A model generated the notes under the pieces. It was not told the origin of the DNA. It made no database searches and saw only the letters and a list, made by a program, of their open reading frames with translations. Position numbers and translations under genes: made by a program. From Vitrella brassicaformis CCMP3155 (lineage: Eukaryota > Protista > Chromerida), in the NCBI GenBank assembly GCA_001179505.1, contig CDMY01000703.1:1-28924 (forward strand): a stretch of 28,924 nt of DNA. The letters run 5' to 3'. Of this stretch, positions 1 to 11,506 are shown in pieces; the stretch's first letter is position 1, and each line of letters begins with the position of its first letter.

Positions 1-84
1 CACTCTCGCGGAAAGCTCCGTCCTCATCGGCGGGGATGGAAGTGAGGTGGGGCTTACGCTTGGCCAGCATCTTGAGGAAAGTGT
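1..84 (-). mobile_element. Diverged 3'-terminal fragment of a sibling CRE-like element (also seen at 1420-1490)
   Basis: Minus strand reads TFLKMLAKRKPHLTSIPADEDGAFRES, homologous to DFLKMLAKRKPRPPSIPADEDAAFRES in the C-terminus of the large element. Homology stops near position 84. Confidence 0.75.
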
Positions 85-1119
85 GGTTAAACCCTGAACA
101 CATAGAACGGGCGACGAAGTTCGTCCAAGCCTCAGTTCATACCAAGCAAGCAAAAGGGAACACAAACATGCAAAGCCAATGAACAACGCTCATTGACTGC
201 AAACAAATGCATGTCGCACACTGCAAATAGGCGTGAGACATGCACCACGATACACATACACACAGCATCCAGCCAGCCACCTCACAGCCCCGGAGCGGGG
301 CTGGTATGTGGCCTATACGGCCCGCGGCTAACGAAGTCCTCAGAAAACGCGCTGGCCCTCCGTGGCCCTCTGGCGGCCGTCGCACGCTGTGCACGACTCG
401 CCACTTGAAACGCGTTGTGCTTCATCAGCTCGACGAACAGAAGCTGGCTCCAATGGTTGACGATGCTCTCTCGAAAAGCTGCGTCCTCGTCGGCGGGGAT
501 GGAGGGAGGGCGAGGCTTCCGCTTGGCGAGCATCTTGAGAAAATCCACCGGCTTCTCTCTGCATCTGCCGAAAGTCTCCGCAGCGAGAGGGACAAAGCGA
601 AAGCCAGCTGCTTGAGCGGTTGGGCCATACTTGTCGATCTTGTCTTTCTCCACAAGCTGCGCCGTCATGCCACCTGGAAGTTGTGCGCTACGCCGTTGAC
701 TGTCCGGTGGAAGGGGATGGGAGAGTCGTTAGGCCGGCAGGGGTGGGCAATGGTGACATCGAGCAGATAGTCATGGTCGTCGATCACGCAGTAGATGTCC
801 GTGCGCTGGCTGTTGGGGTTGTCGTCAAGCGGGGTGACACCGAGGCTGTGCAGAGGCACCTCCACATTGGAAGGAACGTCTGTCCCACCAAGGATGCGAA
901 CAAACAAGTTGCGCATATTCTTGGGTCTCGTCACCCGCTCACAGCCGGTGTGACACAGGTAGTAGTGATCGCCAAACTTGTCAACCTCCCCACTGCAGGT
1001 GCATCGCTGCGATACGGTTGCATGCGAGAGGCTAACACTGAGACACTCGGCGACGGCGTGGCGATACTGGAAGTTGTTCAGTGCCTTGTTGTTACTGGAA
1101 GGGATCGCGGACAGCCAAC
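14..1119. repeat. Apparently identical copy of 1420-2525 (offset 1406) across a 300-N gap; probable assembly overlap
   Basis: All ORF translations repeat exactly at +1406. The copy ends at the gap. Confidence 0.85.
137..1119 (-). mobile_element. 3' part (Zn finger remnant, RLE endonuclease, 3' UTR) of the CRE element, duplicate copy
   Basis: Same translations as 1543-2525 (RTDI...LLDVTIAHP, EKDKIDKY). Confidence 0.8.
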
Positions 1120-1419
1120 NNNNNNNNNNNNNNNNNNNNNNNNNNNNNNNNNNNNNNNNNNNNNNNNNNNNNNNNNNNNNNNNNNNNNNNNNNNNNNNNN
1201 NNNNNNNNNNNNNNNNNNNNNNNNNNNNNNNNNNNNNNNNNNNNNNNNNNNNNNNNNNNNNNNNNNNNNNNNNNNNNNNNNNNNNNNNNNNNNNNNNNNN
1301 NNNNNNNNNNNNNNNNNNNNNNNNNNNNNNNNNNNNNNNNNNNNNNNNNNNNNNNNNNNNNNNNNNNNNNNNNNNNNNNNNNNNNNNNNNNNNNNNNNNN
1401 NNNNNNNNNNNNNNNNNNN
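1120..1419. other. Assembly gap, 300 N
   Basis: Run of N. Confidence 1.
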
Positions 1420-1687
1420 AGCTCCGTCCTCATCGGCGGGGATGGAAGTGAGGTGGGGCTTACGCTTGGCCAGCATCTTGAGGAAAGTGTGGTTAAACCC
1501 TGAACACATAGAACGGGCGACGAAGTTCGTCCAAGCCTCAGTTCATACCAAGCAAGCAAAAGGGAACACAAACATGCAAAGCCAATGAACAACGCTCATT
1601 GACTGCAAACAAATGCATGTCGCACACTGCAAATAGGCGTGAGACATGCACCACGATACACATACACACAGCATCCAGCCAGCCACC

Positions 1688-2420
1688 TCACAGCCCCGGA
1701 GCGGGGCTGGTATGTGGCCTATACGGCCCGCGGCTAACGAAGTCCTCAGAAAACGCGCTGGCCCTCCGTGGCCCTCTGGCGGCCGTCGCACGCTGTGCAC
1801 GACTCGCCACTTGAAACGCGTTGTGCTTCATCAGCTCGACGAACAGAAGCTGGCTCCAATGGTTGACGATGCTCTCTCGAAAAGCTGCGTCCTCGTCGGC
1901 GGGGATGGAGGGAGGGCGAGGCTTCCGCTTGGCGAGCATCTTGAGAAAATCCACCGGCTTCTCTCTGCATCTGCCGAAAGTCTCCGCAGCGAGAGGGACA
2001 AAGCGAAAGCCAGCTGCTTGAGCGGTTGGGCCATACTTGTCGATCTTGTCTTTCTCCACAAGCTGCGCCGTCATGCCACCTGGAAGTTGTGCGCTACGCC
2101 GTTGACTGTCCGGTGGAAGGGGATGGGAGAGTCGTTAGGCCGGCAGGGGTGGGCAATGGTGACATCGAGCAGATAGTCATGGTCGTCGATCACGCAGTAG
2201 ATGTCCGTGCGCTGGCTGTTGGGGTTGTCGTCAAGCGGGGTGACACCGAGGCTGTGCAGAGGCACCTCCACATTGGAAGGAACGTCTGTCCCACCAAGGA
2301 TGCGAACAAACAAGTTGCGCATATTCTTGGGTCTCGTCACCCGCTCACAGCCGGTGTGACACAGGTAGTAGTGATCGCCAAACTTGTCAACCTCCCCACT
2401 GCAGGTGCATCGCTGCGATA
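1688..2420 (-). pseudogene. CCHC zinc finger and restriction-like (PD-(D/E)xK) endonuclease of the CRE element
   Basis: RCTCSGEVDKFGDHYYLC; RTDIYC...LLDVTIAHP; frame change near 2085; EKDKIDKY...FVPLAAETFG. Stop at 1688-1690. Confidence 0.85.
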
Positions 2421-3199
2421 CGGTTGCATGCGAGAGGCTAACACTGAGACACTCGGCGACGGCGTGGCGATACTGGAAGTTGTTCAGTGCCTTGTTGTTA
2501 CTGGAAGGGATCGCGGACAGCCAACCAGACGAGAGAGGCCCTCGACAACTCAAGAGAGCGGCGCGGGCTTTGCCGTCGGGCGGGAGTGAGTTGAAGAGCT
2601 CATTGAAGTGGAACTTGTACAGTTGATTGGTCAGGCGCTGCTGCAGCTGGAGCTACGGCCTCGAGACCAGATCTTAGAGGGAGGGGAGGGAGAAGGAGGG
2701 GCCGACCACCTCAGAGACGGCAACGAAGGCAGGAGCCGCTGTTTGAAGCCAGGGCAGGTCCAGTAGAGCTGCGCCGACCCTGAGGCATCCATATGGTCCG
2801 TGGAACCGGCTAGAGACATCAGATGCTGTCAGTCCGACCGAGCCGAGAAAGGCCGTGCGGACAATCGTGGTTGCAGAGATAAAGCCAAACCCTCCCAGCC
2901 GAATGGGTAGCTGAACTTGTGCGGAAACCGAGTCAGGGAAGTCGCCAGGAAAGTAGAACATGCGCCTGAATGCCGTGATAATGGCGGCGTCATATCGCTC
3001 GGCGGCTGCCAGGGAGACATCAGAGTTCGAAGGAAGGAGGCGCAGCCAATAGTTCAGCCGGGGGGATACACAATAGCGGAGGAGAAGGTCAGAGCCCTGC
3101 AAACCCATCTGAGCAAAAGTCACGATTGCCTCGAGCAGCGGCTGGTGGCCGATGGTGATCTTCTTGAGGCTGCGCTGGATGAAAGAGGTAGCACCGATC

Positions 3200-3974
3200 G
3201 GGCAGCCGAGGACAGTGATGCCTTCAGTGGAGCACTTGACGTCGGAAGTCGCGATGTCCGCCGGGATGTCAGAGTCTTGTTGCCGGCGGGGGCTCCATCT
3301 AGTACTCTTGTCTCTTTGCAGTCTCAGTTTCTTCTCGGCCAGAAGCTGCTCAGCCCTGTCCACATACCGCATCACACATGTCTCGTCCACTTCACCATCG
3401 ATGTCGTCCATGAATGCACCAATAAAGTCGTCGAGGAACTCCTCTTGCAGTTTGACGAGAGCGGGGTGAAGGCCCAGGCAGAAGAGGAAAGGGCCCGCCG
3501 CGTCGCCTTGTTGGGTGCCTGCCTGACTGAGGACGTCGCCGTGCGTCCATCCTCCATGCGATACCAAAGTTCAGCCGGGGTGGCGTAGAACTGCCAGAAA
3601 AAGTCGACAAGGGACGGCCACTTTGTGCCGAGCTCGTCGAGGATTGCCTGGCGGTCGAAGCTGTTGAAGGCGTTCTTGTTATCCAGAGTCACCAAAACAC
3701 GCTTATCAGAGTCGTCGCGACGTGTCTCAGTGAAGGTCTGACAGGCCCGAAAAAGCCTTTCTCCGCCTGCCGACGTACCGACCGCGAACTGCAGCGGTGA
3801 GAAGTCTTCCTCGAAGGCAAGTTTGTTTTCCATATAAACCGCCTTCATCACCCATCTCCAAAGCACATTATCCACAGCAATCGGCCGGACCCCTCCGTTG
3901 TCTGTCATCAGAGCAAAAAGGCGGGTGACCGAAAGACTTCTAGTGCAGCTCTCCGGCATACCTCCAGCGAGCAT
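3200..3974 (-). pseudogene. Reverse transcriptase core of the CRE element
   Basis: VRPIAV, PLQFAVG, LDNKNAFNSFDR, frameshift near 3540, GTQQGD, FMDD, LRLQRDKS, GITVLGCPIG. Confidence 0.9.
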
Positions 3975-5329
3975 CCGATTGACAAGGGAGGGCAGGGGAC
4001 GATCTGGTCTTACGCCGTCACATCACCCTCCCGCATGCAAGCACGAAGATGCTCGTACCGCCAGCCTGTAGAGCCAGCTGCGGATCCTCGCAGCTGTGGA
4101 TCCTCGTGGCGCTGTCTTGAGAACAGCCAACAAAACCCTGGGCGGGACCGTGAGAGGTGTCAGCGGTCCGTCCGGGCTGTGCTGGGGCTGCGGTTTGGTA
4201 GGCGATGGGGCAGCAAGGTGTAGGTCCTTGAGCTGCTGGAGTGTCGCAGCCGTCGCTGGAGCGACCTTACCGGCAGTCAGCCGCCTTGCCGCATGTGACA
4301 GCTCCCTCTGCTCCACAAGTCGCTCTGCCGCTCGCAGCTTGATCCTCCGGGGATGGTTCAAGTACGTCTTCCACTGGTCCATCGCCATGTGGAGCGAATA
4401 CATGGCGACCCTGATGAGGAAAGTTCTTGGACTCGTCGAGCAGTGCTTGCCACTCTCCAGCCCAGAACCGCTTGAAGCGGGCACCCCACTTGCGGTAGCC
4501 CCCCCTCCCGCCGCGATTCATCGGGAAGAGGAGCATGGTCGGCAAGAAGATAGCAGTCAGGCAGCCGGCATCTGAGTCCTCCTCGCTCTTCACGTACTTC
4601 TCGGTGGTATCGACCACCATCTTGAGTGCATCCCGGACACACCCGGGCATACGGGATATAGTGCGGACGCTCAGCTTGAAGTGGTCATCCCGCTGCTCGG
4701 CGCTGAGGCCGCGAAGGTAGTCGAGCCCACGCTGCCGGAAAATTCCTCTTGAGCGAAACCAGTGGGCATCGTGGGGCGGGTCAGGTGGCGGATCTGGGGG
4801 AGGGGGAGGTCCTCCTGCGTTTGGAGGCGGGGCATTGCCGCCCGAGTCTCCATCTCCTGCCCTGCCATCTCCCGGGTTACCGGGTGGTGGGGCGGGCGGC
4901 GGCGGGGGTAGGATGCCACCCCTGCCTCGGGCGCTTCGGGCGCCCCGTGAAGCTCCGTTCGCTCCCCTACACCCCTCCCGCGAGTGCGACGCATAGGGGG
5001 TGCAGGCTGTGAGGCGCCACCCTCGCCGTTACCATGCCGTCTAGTCGTCTCTTGGGCATCCGAGGGCGGATCGACTGTGTCTCGGGCGGTCGAAGGCGGT
5101 GGCGGTGGAGGCGGGGGAGGTGGAGAGGGTGGTGGGGGCGGTGGAGGGGGCGCATCCGAAGGAAGCGGTTGAGAGCCTCTCCCAGGGCTAGAAGAGGGGT
5201 GCGGCGGGAGAAGGTTGGGCCCCGACCGCTGCCGTCGCAACTCACGAGCCCGACGGCCTCTCCCTCTAACCACACCCTGCTGGCGGAAGCATCGGCCGCC
5301 ACAGAAGGTCGTACATATCATGAGAAGAA

Positions 5330-7544
5330 ATGGGCATAAAGGTGCGTGTACAGCTCTTTGTGCTTTCTGCAGGTGGGACAGAGCAGGAGCAGGGAGTGCG
5401 AGCGAGAAGAGGGAGAGGAGAGTGAGGCACAGCTGCTAGAGAAGATGCGAAGCGCGCTGATGGCGAACGACATGGAGGCAGTGAGTCTCTGAGGGGTGTC
5501 TTGCTGAGATTGTCGAGTCGATGAGTTGACACGTGACGAGCACATAATGCACGAGCACATAATACGCGAGTACACATGGATGTCTCTGTGTGTGTGTGTA
5601 AAGGCCGCCGATCTCGGGGAGAAGATGTGCGAGGGGTGCCTGCGCAAGGTTTTGGAGTGCATGTTTGGGACGTGCAATCCTGAGAGCCGGATGCGGGCAG
5701 TGGAGTGTCTGTTTGCTTCGGATGGGGGTGCGGCCGAGGGTATTGGCGAGGTGAGAGACACGACGGGAGACACTTAGATGTGCATGATGCATTGGTTTTT
5801 TGTATTGCGTTGTGTTATGACAGGCCGAGCAGGCTGAGCGCAAGAATGACGACGAAGAGGAGCCGCCGGTAGGGAGACGCAAGCGCAGGCGCCACAGGGT
5901 GAGGCATGCACACGTTTGTAATAGGTGAGGAGTGCAGTGATAGTGGTCTACGGGCATTTTTTCATGTCGCAGTTCGTCGAAAGTGCGGCGTCTTCGGAGA
6001 AGGAAGAGGAGGAGGAGAATGAAGACGAAGGCATGGAATCAGAGGTGAGGCGGAAGGAGTTGCCATTTCGACCGATGCCTCCTGTTGCCCTTGATGTGTG
6101 TCTTTGTTGCAGGCGGGAAGCGATGTGTTCAGTGGAGTGAGTCTTAGTGGGCGCAAGCGGAGGGGGGCGAGACGGAAGGCGCGCAGGACGCAGCATACCT
6201 CGACACGGGAGCAGGGGCAGGTGTGCGGACGGCAAGAGGTCGTACCGACACGCAAGTGGTCACGGCGTTGATGCGTGTCGTGTCCATTTGCGTATGCAGC
6301 GATCGGCTAGTTTGGGAGAGCGCAGCGAGGAGGAGGTAGTGGAGTGCGAGGTGATTTGTCGGTTGAGAGGAAGCGCAACACGTGTCGTTGGGAGAAAGGA
6401 CACACGCGTGGTTTGCATGAGGATGGATGTGGTGTAGAATGAGGTACGGCGCGAGATGGGCATCGAGTTCGAGGATGACGACGAAGGCAGCAGTGAGAAG
6501 GCGCGAGAGGAGAATGCCATGTTCAAGTGCGACCGGGTGATTCAGCGCACCAAGGAACGCTATGAGCGTAGGCAGGTATGGAAGGATGAGAGAGCATGGT
6601 ACATGGCATGGCTATCTCGCATGCATCCATGTTGCTGTCGCAGATCATCTTCGCGCCACCGCCAGAGATCAGCACCAACTACGCGGCTGCCGAGTGTGGG
6701 TCCTGTCTGGCGGGCGAGTTGAGCCAGCCGGCGCACTCGGATGGTCGATGTCCTGTTAAGAACTATGAGAGCCAGCTCAACTTCGAGCCCCAGCTGGACC
6801 GGCCATCCAAGAAGAAGGACTCCGACGGCCTTCGGGCTCGGCGAGCTCTCATCCAGGTCCGTCTGTGAGCGTGAAAGGATCGCCAAATGTGGAGATTGGC
6901 CATCTGTGAGTGTGGTGTGGTGTTGCAGAGCCCCAGCGTGCGTTTCTGGCAGCTCGACATGCTCAAGTGTGTCAAGCTCAATCCGTTGGTGCAAGCCGCG
7001 GGCTTGACCTGCAGCATGTCTGGAACTACCATCATCGTCAAGCAGGGGCTCAAGAAGGTGGTCACGAAGATCGACCTCACTGCGCTGCTCAACTTTCTTC
7101 GCCAGCGCAAGTTCTTGCGCAAGAAGATAGGCGAATCAAAGCCTTAGTCGACGATGAGGTCATGTAGCTGCATGGGTATGTGTGTTGTTGCAGGTCTTCG
7201 GGTCGATCGACACGGTTGAGCTGCTGCGTTTGCATCCGCCGCGATGCTTCAAGTGCGGTTGCTGGGTGAAAGGCTTCCCTCCGAGGGTGAGTGACTGGAT
7301 CAAAGCAGGGACATGTCTATCTCTCACTTACTCGATATCCATGTCTCTCTCGATGTGTGTTTAGTTCGATCGGAGCGTCTCTGGTCATGCTGGCTACGCT
7401 GGGATTCAGTGTGGCAACATGAGCTCTCAGGACGGCGGCATCTGCGAAAACCGCCGCGAGAAGCCGGAGAGCAACCTCACCGCCATCTGGACGGACGCCT
7501 ATGTCCTGGGCGTGTTGGCGTTCCACGGCATCGTTCCTTTCTAG
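5330..7544 (+). CDS. Predicted 12-exon gene (~475 aa) of unknown function with acidic/basic N-terminal half and Cys clusters; one apparent frameshift, so possibly a pseudogene
   Basis: Manual exons: 5330-5341, 5373-5480, 5604-5750, 5824-5898, 5973-6044, 6113-6220, 6300-6350, 6438-6575, 6644-6856, 6929-7158, 7194-7286, 7365-7544. All introns are GT..AG. Exon lengths are multiples of 3 except 6929-7158 (230 nt). Codons are GC3-rich. Motifs CGSC-x9-H-x4-C and CFKCGC...C...C. Confidence 0.6.
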
Positions 7545-7807
7545 GTGGGTGCCATGGTTCCTGTCTCTGCCCGCGATTCATCGTGTGCTTGCGGTTGTGG
7601 TTGTGGTTCGTCAGGAACGGTGAGGTGTTGGTGGTTTTTCGTTTATGGATTGGGTAAAGGGAGACCCCTTCATGAATTGTAGTGTAGAATGGCTGGCTAT
7701 TTCTCTCTGTTGGTGGTCCGTGCATGCATGCATGTGTCTGTGCTGTAGCCGACTTGTGTGTCCATCACTCATCTACCTGTGGCAAGCTGTTTGGCTGCGC
7801 CGTCGGT

Positions 7808-10800
7808 CATACACACTCCAAGTCGACGCGTGCAGGCGCAGGTGTGCGCACAAAGGCATTCATCATATACACCCACTCCAAGTCGACGCGTATATGCGCA
7901 GGCATGCGCAGGTGTGCGCACAAAGACATTCATCATATACACACACTCCAAGTCCAAACGTGCATGCGCACGTGTGCGCACAGAGACAAGTCCAAACGTG
8001 CATGCGCAGGTGTGTGCACAGAGACATTCATCATATACACCCACTCCAAAGAGACATTCATCATATATACACACTCCAAGCCGACGCGTACATGCGCAGG
8101 CATGCGCAGGTGTGCGCACACAGACATTCATCATATATACACACTCCAAGTCCAAACGTCCATGCGCAGGTGTGCGCACAAAGACATTCATCATATCCAC
8201 ACGCTCCAAGTCCAAACGTGCATACGCAGGGGTGCGCACAGAGACATTCATCATATATACACACTCCAAGTCCAAACGTGCATGAACAGAAATGCGCAGG
8301 TGTGCGCACAAAGGCACTCATCATATACGCGCACAAAGACATTCATCATATACGCACACTCCAAGTCGACGCGTGCAGGCGCAGATGTACGCACAGAGAC
8401 ATTCATCATGTGCGCACACTGACATTCATCATATACACGCACTCCAAGTCCACACGTGCATGCGCAGGGGTGCGCACACTGACATTCATCATATACACAC
8501 ACTCCAAGTCCACACGTGCATGCGCAGGTGTGCGCAGGTGTGCGCATACAGACATTCATCATATACACACACTCCAAGTCCACACGTGCATGCGCAGGGG
8601 TGCGCACACTGACATTCATCATATACACGCACTCCAAGTCCACACGTGCATGCGCAGGTGTGCGCACGCAGACATTGGTCATATACACATACTCCAAGTC
8701 GACACGTGCATGCGCAGGTGTGCGCACACAGACATTCATCATATACACACTCCAAATCGACACGTGCATGCCCAGGGGTGCGCACGCAGACATTGGTCAT
8801 ATACACACACTCCAAGTCGACACGTGCATGCGCAGCTGTGCGCACGCAGACATTGGTCATATACACACACTCGAAGTCGACACGTGCATGCGCAGGGGTG
8901 CGCACACTGACATTCATCATATACACACACTCCAAGTGCACACGTGCATGCGCAGGTCGCACATAGACATTCCGGATACACGCATTCCAAGTCCACACGT
9001 GCATGCGCACGTGTGCGCACACAGACATTGGTCATATACACACACTCCAAGTCGACACGTGCATGCGCAGGTGTGCACATACAGACATTCATGATATACA
9101 CGCACTCCAAGTCGACACGTGCATGCGCAGGTGTGCGCACGCAGACATTCATCCGACACGCACACTTGAAGTCGACACGCACATAGACACATTCATCATA
9201 TCCATACACTCCAAGTCCAAATGTGCTATGCGCACATAGAGACATTCATTATATCCACACATTCCAAGTCCAAACGTGCATGCGCAAGTGTGCGCACAGA
9301 GACACATTTATAGTTGTGCGCACATAGACACAGTCATCATATTCACACACTCCAGGTCGACGCGTGCATACGCAGGTCTGCGCATATAGACACATTCATC
9401 ATATTCATACACTCCAGGTCGACGCATGCTATGCGCACAGAGACATTCATCATATACACACACTCCAAGTCCAAAAGTGCTATACGCACACAGACATTCA
9501 TCAGATACACACTCTCCAAGTCGACGCGTGCCTGCGCATGTGTGCGCACAGACATTGAATTGACGCGTGCATATGCAGGTATGCGAACAGAGACATTGGT
9601 CATATACACGCCCTCCAAGTCCACACGTGCATGCGCAGGTGTGCGCACAGAGACATTCATCCGACACGCACACTTGAAGTCGACACGTTCATGCGCAGGT
9701 GTGCGCACATAGACATTCATCATAAACGCACACTTGAAGTCGACACGTGGATGCACAGGGGTGCGCACACAGACATTCATGATATACGCGCACTCCAAGT
9801 CGACACGTGCATGCGCAGGTGTGCGCACACAGACATTCATCAATGCATGCACTCCAAGTCGCAGGTGTGCGCAGACAGACGTTCATCATATGCATACACT
9901 CCAAGTCGACACGTGCATGCGCAGGTGTGCGCACAGAGACATTCATCATATACCTACACTTGAAGTCGACACGTGCATGCGCAGGTGTGCGCACACAGAG
10001 ATATTCATCATAAACGCATACTTGAAGTCCAAACGTTCATGCGCAGGTGTGCACATTCCACGTCCAAACGTGCATGCGCAGGTGTGTGTGCAGAGACATT
10101 CATCACATACACACTACAAGTCCAAACGTGCATGCGCAGGTGTGCACATACAGACATTCAAACGTGCATGCGGAGATGTGCATACTGTGAAACGTGCATG
10201 CGGAGGTGTGCGCACACAGACATTCATCACATAAACACACTACAAGTCCAAACGTGCATACGCAGGTGTGCACACACAGACATTCAAACGTTCATGCGGA
10301 GGTGTGCACACACAGACATTCAAACGTGCACGCGGAGGTGTGCGCATATAGACATTCATCACATACACACACTACAAGTCCAAACGTGCATGCGCAGTCG
10401 TGCACACATAAACATTCAAACGTGCATGCGCAGGTGTGCGCACAGAGACATTCACCATATACACACACTCCACGTCCAGACGGGCCTGTGTGACATACGT
10501 TAACTCATAGCGCAACGGCAGGCAGAGTCTGTCGGTCTCTCATGAAATGAACTGCGTCAACATCGACCAACCCTCAATCATCCGACAAACATGCCAGCAC
10601 CATCCTCAGCGCCCGCCTGGCGTATCTTCCAGCGGCGCCGCCAAAAGGGCTGGAGGCCCTGCGAGCTCAGAAAGAGATGGTGCCACGTCCAGACGTGCAT
10701 GCGCAGGTGTGCACACTCCACGTCCAAACGTGTATGCGCAGAGCTGCGCACACAGACATTCATGATATACACCTACTCCAAGTCGACACGTGCATGCGCA

Positions 10801-11506
10801 GGGGTGCACACACAGACATTCAAACGTGCATGCGCAGGTGTGCGCACACAGACATTCATCATATACACACACTCCACATCCAAACGTGCATACGCAGGTG
10901 TGCACATTCCACGTCCAAACGTGCATGCGCAGGTGTGCACACACAGACATTCAAACGTGCATGCGCACACAGACATCCATCATATACACACACTCCACAT
11001 CCAAACGTGCATACGCAAGTGTGCACACTCCACGTCCAAACGTGTATACGCAGGTGTCCACGCATAGACATTCAAACGTGCATGCGCAGGTGTGTGCGTA
11101 GAGACATTCATCACATACACACTACAAGTCCAAACGTGCACACGCAGGTGTGCACACACAGACATTCAAACGTTCATGCGGAGGTGTGGGCACACAGACA
11201 TTGAAACATGTATGCGGAGGTGCACGCATACGACATTCATCATATACACACACTCCACGTCCAAACGTGCATGCGCAGGTGTGTGCGCAGAGACATTCAT
11301 CACAGAGACATTCATCACATACACACTACAAGTCCAAACGTGCATGCGCAGGTGTGCACACACAGACATTCAAACGTGCATGCGCAGCTGTGTGCGCAGA
11401 GACATTCATCACATACACACTACAAGTCCAAACGTGCATGCGCAGGTGTGTGCGCACAGACATTCAAACGTGCATGCGGAGGTGTGCGCACAGAGACATT
11501 CATATA
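7808..11506 (+). repeat. Tandem satellite array 1, ~60-bp unit
   Basis: Consensus GTGTGCGCACACAGACATTCATCATATACACACACTCCAAGTCGACACGTGCATGCGCAG, with variant and shortened (~35-bp) units. Confidence 0.95.
10483..10682. mobile_element. 200-bp non-satellite insertion flanked by a 13-bp direct repeat (TSD-like)
   Basis: CCACGTCCAGACG at 10470-10482 and 10683-10695; neighbouring units read CCACGTCCAAACG. Confidence 0.6.

Larger units (their letters stand above)
1540..5290 (-). mobile_element. CRE-clade (RLE-encoding) non-LTR retrotransposon, near full length, disrupted
   Basis: One long ORF can be reconstructed across about six frame changes and several stops: Pro-rich N-terminus, RGSAAGSTGWRYEHL, RT motifs (GGVRPIAV, LDNKNAFNS, QQGDAAGP, AFMDD, VLGCPIG), QLPIRLGGFG, C-x-C...H...C finger, then an RLE domain. 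Both ends are approximate. Confidence 0.9.

Noticed and set aside
2917-3588. Long plus-strand ORFs opposite the CRE RT (for example 2917-3588 and 2026-2589)
   Set aside because: Antisense shadows of GC3-rich coding sequence.
5088-5152. G-rich tract with G-quadruplex potential
   Set aside because: Explained by the poly-proline codons of the CRE ORF on the opposite strand.
7808-11506. Repeat array with a unique insert resembling a CRISPR array
   Set aside because: Units are directly adjacent without regular unique spacers, there are no cas genes, and the context is eukaryotic.
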